This document shows, one piece after another, positions 1 through 12,591 of a stretch of DNA of 64,000 nucleotides (its first letter is position 1; each line of letters opens with the position of its first letter). A model generated the notes under the pieces. It was not told the DNA's origin and searched no databases. It saw only the letters and a program-made list of their open reading frames with translations. Source of the DNA: Calcarisporiella thermophila CBS 279.70 (lineage: Eukaryota; Fungi; Calcarisporiellomycota); NCBI RefSeq assembly GCF_041956535.1, contig NW_027192207.1:343163-407162 (forward strand), read 5' to 3'. The position numbers and the translations under genes were made by a program.

Positions 1-64
1 ATTATTTTGATCATAAATAAGCGAAATAGCGCATTGTGATTGGTTAATGATTTTTAGTAGCCAG

Positions 65-760
65 TTAAAATGTAGAATTTTGCTTAAAAATAAGCAAAAT
101 AATCCGAATAAGCTGGAAGCGTGAACACCCCCTATGTGTTACTTGTACTAGGTAATATTTGGTAGTCATGACAGGTGTCGGGTCTGTTTCCTTATATCTT
201 TGATACAACAACTCTGCCTTTTCTAAGTTCTTTCGTTCTTTGTAGAAAACGGTTAGTTCTTCCAGAGCATTTCCTGCTTCATGACTCTCGGCTCCATACA
301 TCTTCTCAATTATCAACAACCACCTTCGATACAGAAGTTCTGCCATATTACAATTTCTGCGCTCTTTATAGAAATTGGCAAGGTCATTCAGAGAACCTGT
401 CGTTTCTTTACTCTCGGTTCCACTGTACTCCATTATTATTGTAACCCTTCTCTGATATAGTTGTTCTGCTTTATCATACTCTCTGCACTCTAAATAAAAT
501 CTGGTTAACCAGCTTAGAGCCAATGATGACTCATTACTTTTAACCCCAAACTACTCCTCCATAATCGTCATCATTTTTTTATACAACTGCTCTGACTTGT
601 CATATTTTCCGCGTACTAATCGGGTAGCTTGTTAAGAGCATGTACTGTGTACTTACTCTCAGTTCTACAAAGTTTCTCCAAGGTCAATAATGCTTTATAC
701 AATAACTGCCCTGACTCGTTAACATAGCCTCGGTCTAAATAGAAGCTGCCCATATTGAAT
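65..760 (-). pseudogene. Degenerate TPR-repeat (kinesin light chain / NLR-type) gene fragment
   Basis: About 42-aa repeats of the type YDKAEQLYQRRVTIIMEYSGTESKETTGSLNDLANFY. The pattern continues upstream of the ORF (RGKYDKSEQLYKKMMTIMEE*FG; GSFYLDRGYVNESGQLLYKAL) with in-frame stops and a frameshift. Confidence 0.75.
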
Positions 761-865
761 AAATGAAATCTATACTTTATATAACCTTGACTTCATAAAT
801 ATAGGTACCCTTCTACTATTTAATGATAAAGCCCCTTCGATGGTGACTTTAATAATATCGCTAAT

Positions 866-2206
866 CTACTCGCCCCTTTGAAATATTTCAAGGAGTGTAT
901 CTTCATCCCGCTTGGTGAGGACCACGATTTGCCCTTTATCAAATGAAAGCCGCCAAATCGTATTGGCTGTAGAGATGATATTTCGTAACAACCGGCCTTT
1001 TTGTAGATCCCATAATTTTACTTTACCATCGCTTCCACCACTTACAATATACTTGTCATCAATTTTCAAGGTGGTTACTGAGTTATCATGTGCTTGAAGT
1101 CGGTGGGTGTATTTATACGTCCCTAGATCCCAAATACAAATATTGCCATCCGATCCACCTGTTACAAGCGTCTTATCGTGCACTTTAATGTGCCCTACAA
1201 GAGATGAATGTCCTTCAAGTATGCTTAGAAGCTTCCCTGTGGGAAAAGACCATACTCGGACGGTTGTATCTAAAGATCTTAGTTATAAAGCGGATTAATA
1301 CTTTACATTTATGAAGTTGAACATATCGAAGATTTACCCAGTGAAAATGCGCTGACCATCACAATCAAGCGAGTATATTTGATGGCTGTGGCCCTCAAGA
1401 ACACGTAGACATGTTCCAGATTGCAGGTCCCAAATACGACAGGTGGCATCATAAGAACCAGATATCAAGTGATCACCCACAATTTCCAGACATCTTACAG
1501 ACGCGGTGTGGCCGGAAAGGACGTGAGTTAAAGTGCCCTGTTCAATATTCCACACACGAAGCGTGGTGTCTCTCGATCCGCTCGCTGCCATCAACTTGCT
1601 ATGCATTTTGACGCATCTTACTGTTGACGTATGACCACGGAGCACATGCTTGCAAACACCACTGTCAAGGTCCCAGACAAGTACGTTTCTAAAAGGGGTA
1701 GAGATAAAAATTATTGGAAAAATAATTTTTGATATAATTCAAACTACCTATCGCATCCTCCAGACACTAAAATACGCCCAGAGTCGCTAGGGATACCGCC
1801 CAAGAAGTGGATTGACCACACACCACCCTCATGGCCCTTAAGCTTATGAATTAATGAACCATTTTTAGCACTATACACTTCGATTCTATTATTATTGCAT
1901 CCAATCACAATTAGGTCATCATCCATCTGGAGTGAGGTAACCAGGTGGGTACCAATCACTGTTCGATGAAATGGAGCAATGCTATCTTGTTCGCAATTTT
2001 GCTCGACAGTTTCTGAAAACATCACTTCAATTTGATATAGTCTATTTCACACTTAAATATCAAATTTTAAGACTGAGATTCTCAAAAAATACCAGTAATT
2101 ACGCGATATATTGGTTTGGAATTTGGTTTTTAACAGAATTAACGCTAGTTATAAGATGTGAGCTCAATAATGCCTCGAGGCTCAATTGTTCAAAGTGCGA
2201 ATTCAT
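866..2206 (-). CDS. WD40-repeat protein, Cdc4/Fbw7-like propeller (spliced; start uncertain)
   Basis: Consecutive GH..WD repeats (GHEGGVWS, GHTSTVRC, GHTASVRC, GHSHQIYS, GHSSLVG, AHDNSVT) joined by GT-AG introns near 1279-1336 and 1689-1746. Candidate ATG at 2206. Confidence 0.8.
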
Positions 2207-2626
2207 GCCAAAGCCAAGATATTTTTTAAACACTTGTGGCTGAGTTTAGCTATATTAGAAGCTAATACAGAATCTGCACGGGCTACATCGCCATGGAATG
2301 CGATTATTTGGTATTGATTGATCGTTGAGAAACGAACTACTAGATATCGTACTGAGAGTTACTACAGACACTCTATAGTGTTTAAAGTGAGCGCCGGTTT
2401 AATGGTCTTTAACATAAAATAGTTGTTAACTAGGATATATATATTTAAGACTAAATCCAGCGATTTGTCTCCAAGCCACATTGTGACGTAATCATGAAGT
2501 AAAGCCCATGTTGCGCGGCACTTTTATTGTAAAGTTTCTGCGTGTTTTTTCTCTTCGGTTTCTTCACTTCCGTTCACTATTGCACTACATAACCTTTGAT
2601 TTATATTCAAATAAATATTACAAAAT

Positions 2627-3537
2627 ATGTCCGATCTCTGGTAAGTTGAATGACGTTCTCAATCGTGGATTCCCATGATATCCCATCATCTCCACTAGCT
2701 ACCCGCGATTAGAATTTTTTTACTCTTCATCCCCAGGTTACTTTTAATATTAATTCCTTGGATATCTCTTATTTATGAAACAGCCCGGTCTACTCTCCCT
2801 TTTTTGGCGCGATGGGATGCGTGTCTGCAATCGTCTTTACATGTGAGTTCTTAGCCATCGCAGGATTAGATTATCGAGATGGATACTAAATATTTTAATT
2901 TTTAGGCTTCGGTGCTGCATATGGTACTGCGAAATCTGGAGTAGGTCTCTCGGCCATGGGTGTCCTTCGTCCTGATCTTCTTACCAAATGTATCGTACCA
3001 GTGGTATGTAACAATTCTTTCAATCATCTGTTTTACCACTCTTGATGCTCTGTGAAAGCAGTATTGCTAAATTTGATTTTCGAATTTTTAGGTCATGGCT
3101 GGTATTATTGGTATTTACGGTGTGGTTGTCTCCGTAATGCTTAGTAATTCCTGTTAGTATCTGCTACATTTACAATTATTGCTATTTCAATTAAATTTCA
3201 CGTCTTGTGTAAATTTAGTGAAGGCGAAAATGTCTCTATTCGCGGGTTTCATCCAGCTAGGTGCTGGCCTTTCCGTTGGATTGGCTGGTCTCTCAGCTGG
3301 TATTGCAGTCGGTATTGTGGGTGATGCTGGTGTTCGTGCTACTGCTCAGCAGCCAAAGATGTTTGTGGGCATGGTAATTAGGCCCCATTACTCTCCAACT
3401 CAACTTTTTACTAACCAACTTTTTATACCACTTAGGTCCTTATTTTGATTTTCGCTGAAGTACTGGGTCTCTACGGATTGATTGTTGCCCTTATCTTGAA
3501 CACTAGAGCAGGTTCTGAGGCCGTTCCATGCCCTTAA
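2627..3537 (+). CDS. VMA3: V-type ATPase 16 kDa proteolipid subunit c
   Basis: Six exons splice to [67 protein letters not shown], including the essential Glu. Confidence 0.97.
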
Positions 3538-3897
3538 GTATTTCCTATCCACGTGCCTAGAGAGGGTGGAAAAATACTTTAAAATATATGTGTGTTTGCT
3601 TGTGTTTGTTCTCGAATCTTCAACTCTTTTATTATCACCTCTTTCTTCTATTTTTTCAATATATATATTTTTAAAAAAGAGTTTCAGACCATTACACTCC
3701 ATGATAAGAACCGACTCCACAAAATTTTCTTATTGCAGCAAAAAAGCTAATACAAACACAACAATAAAGAATCGATCGGGGAATCTGTACTATTTCTTAT
3801 ATAAAATATTTTACAATATCCATATAACCAAACGAGATATGAAAATGAGATAGAAATACGCTTTTCAAGCAGAGGATGAACAAAGATGACGACTCAA

Positions 3898-5932
3898 CTA
3901 CCCCTCATCCTCGTCATGCACCCTGCCACGGGCTGCTTCCAACAAAGCAGCCTCCTCTTCCTGCTCCACTTCTTGCTCCACCTCTAGATCTGACATCACT
4001 CGCGGAGAAACCACCATCACAACAGCAAAGGCTATGAAAAACACGGCCAAGAAAATCCACTGCATATAATAGAAGGCCATTCCGAAAAATGGGGTGTTCA
4101 CAGAGATTCGGTTGATGAAAGTGGACACGACCGTAGGAGTGCAAATGTCGCTGGGACCATAAACGTCACATGGGACGATCAGTTGTGGATAGGAAGAGCA
4201 ATCACGCACCCCGCGTACCTCAGTTCCACTTTGGGTATGATTGCAATAGTACTGCCCACCAAAATGTCCATATCCAGGCATAACGACCGTCACCAAGGTA
4301 TAATTCAGTGCCAACAGGGTGAGCATTAGCAAAAAGGTCAACAGCAAAAGGCCTTGGGGTGGGGTTGAGTTACGACGAATGCGGAAGAGATCGACCCATG
4401 CAAATCGTACACCGATGTGGATGATACCAACCAAGGTGCAAACGAAGATATAGAGGACAACAAAGCCAAGGAGAATAGAGTCGAGAGGGAAGAGGGATGA
4501 GAGTCGAAGGAAGAGCAGATTAAGAGGATTAGGGATTTTTGTTTGCGTAAGGAGAAAACCACAGCGGCTGCCACAAATTGAATTTTTTATCTTATCGAGA
4601 CTAGGAGTTCAAACTTGAATGAGTTCACATTATTAGCCGCTCTACAAATTCACCTAAAACTATACCTTGTGATGATGATTGAAATTGCAAATAAGAGCGA
4701 GAGTGCCAAAAAGAGAACACCAAATATTGACTAAACAGAAAGGGTTGAAACAACAAATAGTGTAGTCAAGAGTAGATATATGCCTACCTTGAGCGGTCTA
4801 AAGAAAGCAAAAATACGGTTCAGAATTCCCGTCTGAGACTCCTCCAGATTACGCGAACGACGAATCAGTATCCTCTCCTCTCGTTCAAGATTTTCCAGTT
4901 GTTTTCGATCTCGTGACGAAAGCGGTTGATCAGTGCCTAAATATTTGACGGTAATCGCTCTTTGTTTTTCCCGGTTAATGGCTAGCTTTGCGGCAATCTC
5001 TTCATCTTCCCGTTGGAAATTGCGAAAACCATCTTTGATCATGGTCATAGGAAGAACAGTTAAACCAGGGGCCTAAGCGAAAAAAAATGACTCATTATAT
5101 AAATTCTTAGTACGCAAAGGAGCAGCAAGTTTGATCCAAACCGTATAGGCAATATACACTATAAGTCCAACGAAAATAAGGACCGCGATTACAAAAACCA
5201 AGGCTTTTTCGCCCCCATTTTGGTCAAGCAGATGTTTGAACCAGTCGAGATCAATATGGCTTGGCTGCGTGCTTGGGTGCAAAAACATGCCAGTGACGAA
5301 GAGCACGACTACTATCACTATGAAAAAGGTTGTGTATTTGATGGAGGACATGGTCCGCTGCCTCACCGTCTGAGATTCCTCAAGTTCCTCAAAGTAAAAG
5401 TATGCGAAGGGGACAAGGAAAAAGCAGAAAAATGCGATCGCGCCGTACGCAACTAATCAATTTTTCAGTTAGTCATAATAAACAAGTACTACTGTAGAGC
5501 CAAGTGAGATATACTGTAATAAACAGCCTTTAACGTAAATGTCAAATTTGCAATAACATTGGGTGTGGCCCATCCCTTTTTTAATCCAGTTCGAGGATCC
5601 ACCGTCGATGAAACGAGAAATATGTCGATCGGGAAAAGCGCAACCGTAGCGAATGTAAGAGTGAGCCCGACAATGGTCACTATCGTCACTAGTAATTCGG
5701 CTTCTCTTTGATTTTGGTAGTATTTGGTAAAACCAAAACTAAAGACAAGAAAGCCCTTGTTTCAAGGAACAAGTGATGGGAGAAGGAGCCAATGAGAGAA
5801 CAAATAAGAAAAGGTTAAAAAAAGATGTTTTTAACCTCTACTTACCACACACACGCATAGAAAGACTAATATGGCCACGGTTAGATTCGGATGAGTAGAA
5901 CTAGCAAGAAATAGCGGATGCGAAGATTCCAT
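3898..5932 (-). CDS. LMBR1-family membrane protein, probable lysosomal cobalamin exporter (LMBRD1-like)
   Basis: Multi-exon, multi-TM protein with LFPIDIFLVSS, IRRNSTPPQGLL and YGHFGGQYYC motifs and a Cys-rich luminal loop (PCDVYGPSDICTPT). Confidence 0.85.
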
Positions 5933-7077
5933 TTCGTAAGAATAGTTGGAGGATAACTAGAAATCAAGATCCAAATAAATTTTCGTTAAAAAATATATTT
6001 AAGAGGAAACAATGTATTGCATTTGATCTCTCCAGCCTGGAGAAATATTAATAATTTTTCTCTTTAGTCATTGTGAAAAGTGAGACGCCAGAGTGAATTT
6101 TGGTGGCGAGTACACAGTCACAAAAGAAATCGGCATTTGAAAATAACTTGGATGAAGGATATGACACTCTCCCGAAATCCGCATTCAAATAAAAGCTACA
6201 ACGGAGTACTCTCAAGTACCAATCATTAATAGCAGAGCTCGTAAAAATTCAATTCCCTAGTATCCGATTAGCTTGAAATACTTTTATCTTGTACCATTTT
6301 GCTTATTTATTCACATCCAGTATACAGCGGCTTAACTAAGGGCAGAGATGCTTCCAGCTCTTAAAATCAGCTAGACTTTTACAAAAAAATCTCTCCTTGG
6401 TAATGCTCCTAGCATATTTTTATAGAGATAGAAAATCGGGATGGAGCTAAACTGAAAAAGTTGCTTTGGAGAATTAGGCTAGAAGTTCAAATCAGTGATC
6501 TGTGCAAACCCCTCTGGCTTTCATATTGAATAATATGGAAAGCAAAAAGAGTAGAAATATCTAGAACATCTGGTTCTCTCCATAAATGAGCTACTATTAA
6601 ACTAATAATGGCAATGTGCGGTATATTGTTTGCCTATTTACCACGTACCACGTGGGTGGTTAGAAAAATATACAAAATGTGTAGATGAAGTGTGGCTATT
6701 GTTCTTGTTGGTTCGCTTGCCACCCCGATTTCAAATACTTTTTATGATTGATGAGTGTGTAGACAGATCCACCAGAGATGATGTGGGTAATTTCTAAATA
6801 AAAATAGCATATCTAAAAGGGTGGGGATAGATGCATATTTATAGATAAATTATAATGTCCACATAGCCCACAAATAAGCTCTCAGCTTCTGCCCGAACGG
6901 ATGACATAGTTGAGAGACACATGTATTGGATTCTTTTCATTCTTTCATTGCAGGTGAATATTTCAGAATAAAATAGAAATGCTGACCCTATTTTAATCTG
7001 TTCCTCTTCTCCATCCTCTTGTATATAAAGGCATTGCAATTTTCAATCATTCTAATACTTAACTACTCTACGTAAAA

Positions 7078-8172
7078 ATGAAAGCTTTCTATTTTATTCT
7101 CCATTTATTCTTCCCAATCTTCGTGTTTGCGAACCCTCTCTCGGATGCCCTGCGTTCGATTACCACTGAATTGGATCATCAACCGCTTAACGATACCCAA
7201 TTAAAAGCCACGAAGCAATATGCCAAACTAATGGCGGTAACCTATTGTGGTGCTGGGAAGCCAGGACCATTTGAGTGCAGTTTCTATTGCAATGAATTTT
7301 CTAACACTACGGCTGTTCAATATTTCGAAGTACCACCCTATGATATCAATGGCTATATTGCTCGGGACGACAGCCGACAAGCCATTGTCATCGCCTTCAA
7401 AGGAACAACCTCATTAACGAATGTTAAAGTTGACAAGAACTATTTGCTTACCCCATACGACGTAGCAGATCCAAAGAAAGGCTTGGTTCACCTAGGTTTC
7501 CGAAATGCTTATTTGAGCGCAGGTAAAGGAATATTGCCAAGTATAATGGACCAAATACAAAAATATCCAGGTTACGAAGTAGAAGTAATTGGCCACAGTC
7601 TTGGCGGTGCAATGGCTGCATTTCTTGCCATGAATCTATGGGAGACCGAGAAAGTTTCGAAAGAAAAGCTTGTGCTTGTGACATTGGGTCAACCTCGCAT
7701 AGGAAATGGCGAGTTCGCTGAACGATTAGATCGCGCTGGATTTTTGGCAAAACGCTTGGTCAATGGTAGAGATATGATTTCAGTTTTCCCAAATCGTGAA
7801 TTACTGCCGGGATATAAAGTATGTAAACCCGTGCTTCGATTTTTAAAGTGATATTCCCATTTAACTCTTTTTATTTTTAATGCCTTAGCACCATTCACCT
7901 CAAATTCAGTCTGAATCAGGAGCCACAATACAGTGCAGAAATGCAGAAGACCCTAAGTGCTTTCATGAGAGGCCACTAAACTGGGCCGAATTTCCTAATG
8001 TAAATTTGTATACAAGTAGTTTTGCTCTGAACGTCAACTTATAAGAAATTATTATACGTAGCATCTCTGGTATAATGACGTTAATATAATACGGTGTATT
8101 GGCGATTATATACCCCAGCGCGTCTCTAAGGTTTTTTCGAAGTTTCCCCTGCTGGATCCCAATTGGATTTAA
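7078..8172 (+). CDS. Secreted class 3 triacylglycerol lipase
   Basis: N-terminal signal peptide, AFKGT, VHLGF, GHSLGG nucleophile elbow, TLGQPRIGN, RDMISVFP. Two 3' introns lead to the catalytic His exon (HLWY) and TAA at 8170-8172. Confidence 0.93.
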
Positions 8173-8326
8173 CTAGATATTTACACTCGTAAACCCGTTA
8201 TTTACAACCAAATAATTTTTTTCATTTTTGAAACCTTAATTTTATAGTTCAAAAGCTTCATCGCTTTCCACTAATTCTAATAAGCTAGAATAATTTTTGA
8301 ATGATTAATTGATAAAATAATCTTAT

Positions 8327-8383
8327 ATGAGAGATTCCACAGAGATTCAGACAGAATCATAGAAGAATTATGAAGTTTGATTG
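8327..8383. repeat. Dispersed 57-bp repeat, copy 1
   Basis: Matches the reverse complement of 32869-32925 at 47 of 57 positions by manual alignment. Confidence 0.75.
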
Positions 8384-8852
8384 ACTCAGATATTTACATA
8401 GTAAATCTTTAATACTATGTCCTTATTAGAGTTAATAACTCTACTAATATACACCTAAATTCCCTAATTTTTGGTGCAATGAATACTCCTTTACTTGCCG
8501 CTTCTTTTTGGAAACCATATGCAAAACTTTCGCTTCCCCCAGTAGTGTTATATAGAGTTTCTAACCTAATTATTTGGACTAGGATTGCATTCTAGTTAAC
8601 GTCTCTTGCAATTGCCAAAAATGTTTACTCGATACAACTTCGTTATAATTGAAGAAATAGGACTATATCATTTAATGGTTCGGTTAATGATAGTGTTTAT
8701 TTAGTAGATTTTTGTACTTACAACCACTCAGACTTGAGATTTACTCTTGTCTATAAAATTGTATAATGCTCACATTTCGCTAGTGATCTTAATGAATTAT
8801 TGTTGCAAAATAACTATATTCTAATCATCTTTTTGTTTTGAAGAACTATCTC

Positions 8853-11299
8853 ATGAAAATCCAGTCTATTTGGTTTAAATGCATAAGGCCTGAAGTGACG
8901 GCATGGTCCAGAGTCGCCTTAAGAAATGTCGAATTTGTCGATGATCTCAAAAAGGTTATCAAAAGCGCAAAGCCAAATCAGCTCAAAAACTACGATGCAG
9001 ATCAACTTACCCTTATGATTAAGAGGAAAAATGAGGGCGATGAACAAGCAATCGAACTTGATCCAGAGGAAACAATTGCATCAGTCTTAAAGCGTTTCAA
9101 TAACGACTGCCGGGTGTTGGTGTCAGTTCCTAATGGTAAATAATCCAGGAGAAATATTGCTTTTGTCACTTTCACTTGCTATCCATTTAAATTTTTTTTT
9201 TGTATAATTCAATACTCCATTAGTCAAACGAAATAAGCGGCCGCTGGATGCAGGTATGCACTTCACTATTTTTTTTTTTTTTGTAAAACACACTCTTCTT
9301 AATGCATATTTTTCTCATCGAAGATGAGGGACCTTCAAAGAGGCCAACCATGGATAGTCTACTGAAAGGTAAAATTGTATTGTGCCTTTGGGTTGCAGGA
9401 TCTATTTTAATTCAGTTATAATTCAATTTTTTTTAGAGATTGCACCATTCCAGTCACTATTCCGCCGGATCATGGAAGAGACTTCCAGAGATCCTGAGGA
9501 GTATTCTAACCCCAGCAAAATTATGAAGATTCCCTTTCCTTTCCTTAAAACCATCCCAGTCGACCGTTTTAAGATTACTGATGGGTGTTTTATTTACATG
9601 GGTCGCGAGGGATTCGCTCGAGTGCTGGCTGAGGTCGAAAGTTTGGAATATCCAGTCGACTATCACAAGCTTTATGTTTACGGAAGTATTGGCTATGGAA
9701 AATCCCATATCCTTGCAGCAATGACATGTCTCCTCATCCAGCAAGGAAAACGAGTTGTCTACCTCCCAGATTGTCGCGCTATGGCTGCAGATTTCCTGGG
9801 ATATCTTACAGGAGCTCTTCTTCTAACCTTTGGTGACTCCGAATTCCATCAACTTGAAATTTTAAATTGTGACACTACAGAAAAAATTCATGCATTCTGC
9901 AAAAGAATTATTTCCAGAGATTCTATCCGTCTCTACTTTATCGTCGACCAACTAAATGCACTGGACCACGAGATCATCAACGAAGATAGCATCACCAACT
10001 CTAAAAAGAGCACAGTACGCGAATACTTAGACTTGATTACGTCTGAGCACTATGTCATAAAAAGCGCATCGGCGAACTTTCAATCAGCTATTCACATGGA
10101 GCAGAAACAGTTATCTGAAAAAAAGGTTGCACTTTTAGGAGGTCTAACTAAGGTAAAAACTTTTCTTAATTAAGTTAAAAATCGTAATTATTCTCAAATT
10201 AATACTGTTGTTGGTTAACTAGACAGAGATGCAGGAATGGTGGAAGCTCTATAAAGACTATTTGCCATATCTCGATCAGAATGAAAAAGAATTTATTGAG
10301 GACATCACCGGTCGCACGCCTCTTTTTCTACGTCCGCTCCTGAGACTAGATCACAACAAGAGTTTCAAAGAAATGAAGCGCAATTATCTGGAATCTCAGG
10401 AGCTGAAAAAAATATCCAGCCAAGTGGAATTGTTTGCAATGCAGAAAAAAAACGAATTAAGCCGACTGGACTGGCGCAGGCAAGTCTAGAAGTTTATTTG
10501 CTTTGTTTTATGCATTTATTTTATTACATCTTCTCCAATTTGTAGATACGTGGATTTCATGAATGGGTGCCTGCTCAGTGATAATGTGTCAGATAGCATT
10601 AAATACTACGATCACCGTCACTTCTATATCGACGAGAAAAATGTCGGTCGTTACACCTGTGGGATGGCACGTGATACAATGGCAGGAATATTTCGCGATT
10701 TGGGAGATGACATTTTCCTTGATACTGCGTGGTTTGAGAGTTTGAGTATTTTTCAAGGCAACCCGTCAGTCCTTGGGTTTATCGTGGAACAGATGTGTCT
10801 TAGTGGCATTTCACAAACCGGATTAAAAGTAGTCGGCCTAGGGTTCTCCAATATGAAAACCATAGTATTCAGAAAGGATATTCCCAAGTATAACACTAAG
10901 CTTGAACTAGCATTATATGTTCCTTTAACTTACAACTACACAGCAATTGACGGGTTGATTTTGCCTTTGGACACGGAAAAAAAGATAGCTCACTTAGTTC
11001 CGATTCAGATTACCATTGCCAAGGATCATACAGATTCGGAATCAAAATTTTTCGCTAACTGGCATAGCTGGACACGAGCTCTGACCGTCGAAAAATTTAC
11101 AATCAGGGCCATATTTCTGTGGATCACAGAAGGAAAACGAGAGATAAAGGAGCTGGAGACAAAGCTGAGGGAAACAAGACAAGGTGTCATTTTGGTACAA
11201 CCGGAACATGCCAGTGTGTGCGTCACAATTGAAGACATAAATAGAAAGCTTGGTGAAGCTTTGAAAATAGCCCGAGGGCTTCGTGATATTGGAAGATGA
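8853..11299 (+). CDS. Crinkler (CRN)-like effector: ubiquitin-like header + P-loop NTPase + PD-(D/E)xK-type nuclease domain
   Basis: Header VDDLKKVIK..YDADQLTL..RVLVSVP. Two micro-exons encode KRNKRPLDADEGPSKRP. Walker A GSIGYGKS, Walker B FIVDQ, C-terminal AIDGLIL..PIQITIAKDH. Confidence 0.8.
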
Positions 11300-11779
11300 A
11301 GTACAGTCCGTTGTAAAAGTAACCCTGAAACAGAGAGATGATCTACGGTAAAAGGTGGCCACATCCAACTAACAACCGTTTGGAGTCCTGATGAGTAATT
11401 TGAACCGAAGATTATCTGATATTGTGATATCTATTCACAGTAAGGGTTAATATTATTAACCCATCATATTAAATTTACTTCAACTTAATTATTTTTCTAT
11501 AAATAGGTCTAAACTAAATATCAAACACATACTCTAAAATCCCACTTATACCGCTTTTATTTCATATACAATACTGTAGAATGATTATCAAATGACCCTT
11601 TTTGGTAAAATATCAAAATTTTTTGGAATTTTTTGTATTTTCTTAAGAAGTTTGTGTGGTGATTTTTCTTCATAAGTGAACGCTGAATGCTTAGGATCGA
11701 GCACTTGAGCGACTGTCATCACTGGCTTTTTTATAAAATTGAAATGAGCAGCAATCTGTCAAGCTTCTGTCAAGTTTTT

Positions 11780-12289
11780 GCTCTGATTGGATGCGTTACA
11801 GCCAATTTCATTAATGAAAAGTAATGTTGATTAACAAATGAAAGGCTGGGCATGGCTTTCTCAAAATCTGCAATCACAGCCGAAATTGGGTTGACCAAAA
11901 TTCCTCAGCTCCTCCAGCTTATTCCAACAAGAAGTTTGAAGTAAACAGTCTAATACTTCGCCGCCTCTATTTGGATGAGCAGTGAGCTCCAAGACTGCTA
12001 TTTGGAGGGGAATGCGCGAAGACAAAACGGATTCCAAGCATTTTGAGTATGAGAGCCACCGCATCTCAACCGGAAGCTCAAGTGCGATTTCATCCGAGCT
12101 TTTCTTTTTGGATCCTTTTGAGAATCGAATAGGGAACTAAGTGATTTCAAAACTATTTCGCAATTGCTTTCACTTCGCCAATTGTGCTCGCCGCCCATGG
12201 AAGGCTCAAAATATCCTTAAGCAGTAAATTGGTAGCATGCTTATATGGGACTTGGCTAGAAAAAAATAAAATACGAATTCGCAACCCTA
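11780..12289 (-). mobile_element. Degenerate hAT-family transposase fragment with one candidate terminus
   Basis: ALELPVEMRWLSYSKCLESVL..WNKLEEL..(frameshift)PISAVIADFEKAMPSLSFV follows the hAT TRWxS..FW..L.P pattern. Minus-strand TAGGGTTGCG at 12289 resembles a hAT end. Confidence 0.65.
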
Positions 12290-12591
12290 TGTGTAAGTAT
12301 AATTTAATATCTTGGTACCCCATTCTGCTCTGTCAAATTGATTGTGTACCGGATATCTTTCGAAATCATTCCCAAAATAATAGAATGCTTGTCAACAGAT
12401 ATTCTAGCCAAAAAAAAGGTGATTATAAATAAACTGAATTTATTCAACGAGCTAAATTGAACTATGGAGCACATCATGGAAACGGTTAGCTTAATCTAGA
12501 ATAATAGATATTATAGATACCAATAATACTAAAAGCTTAGGAATCATATTCGACATTATCGGAAAATACTATTAGAGCACTCCAAAGGTAT

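Noticed and set aside
11790-11890. ADFEKA read as a MULE transposase motif
   Set aside because: The upstream context fits hAT better.
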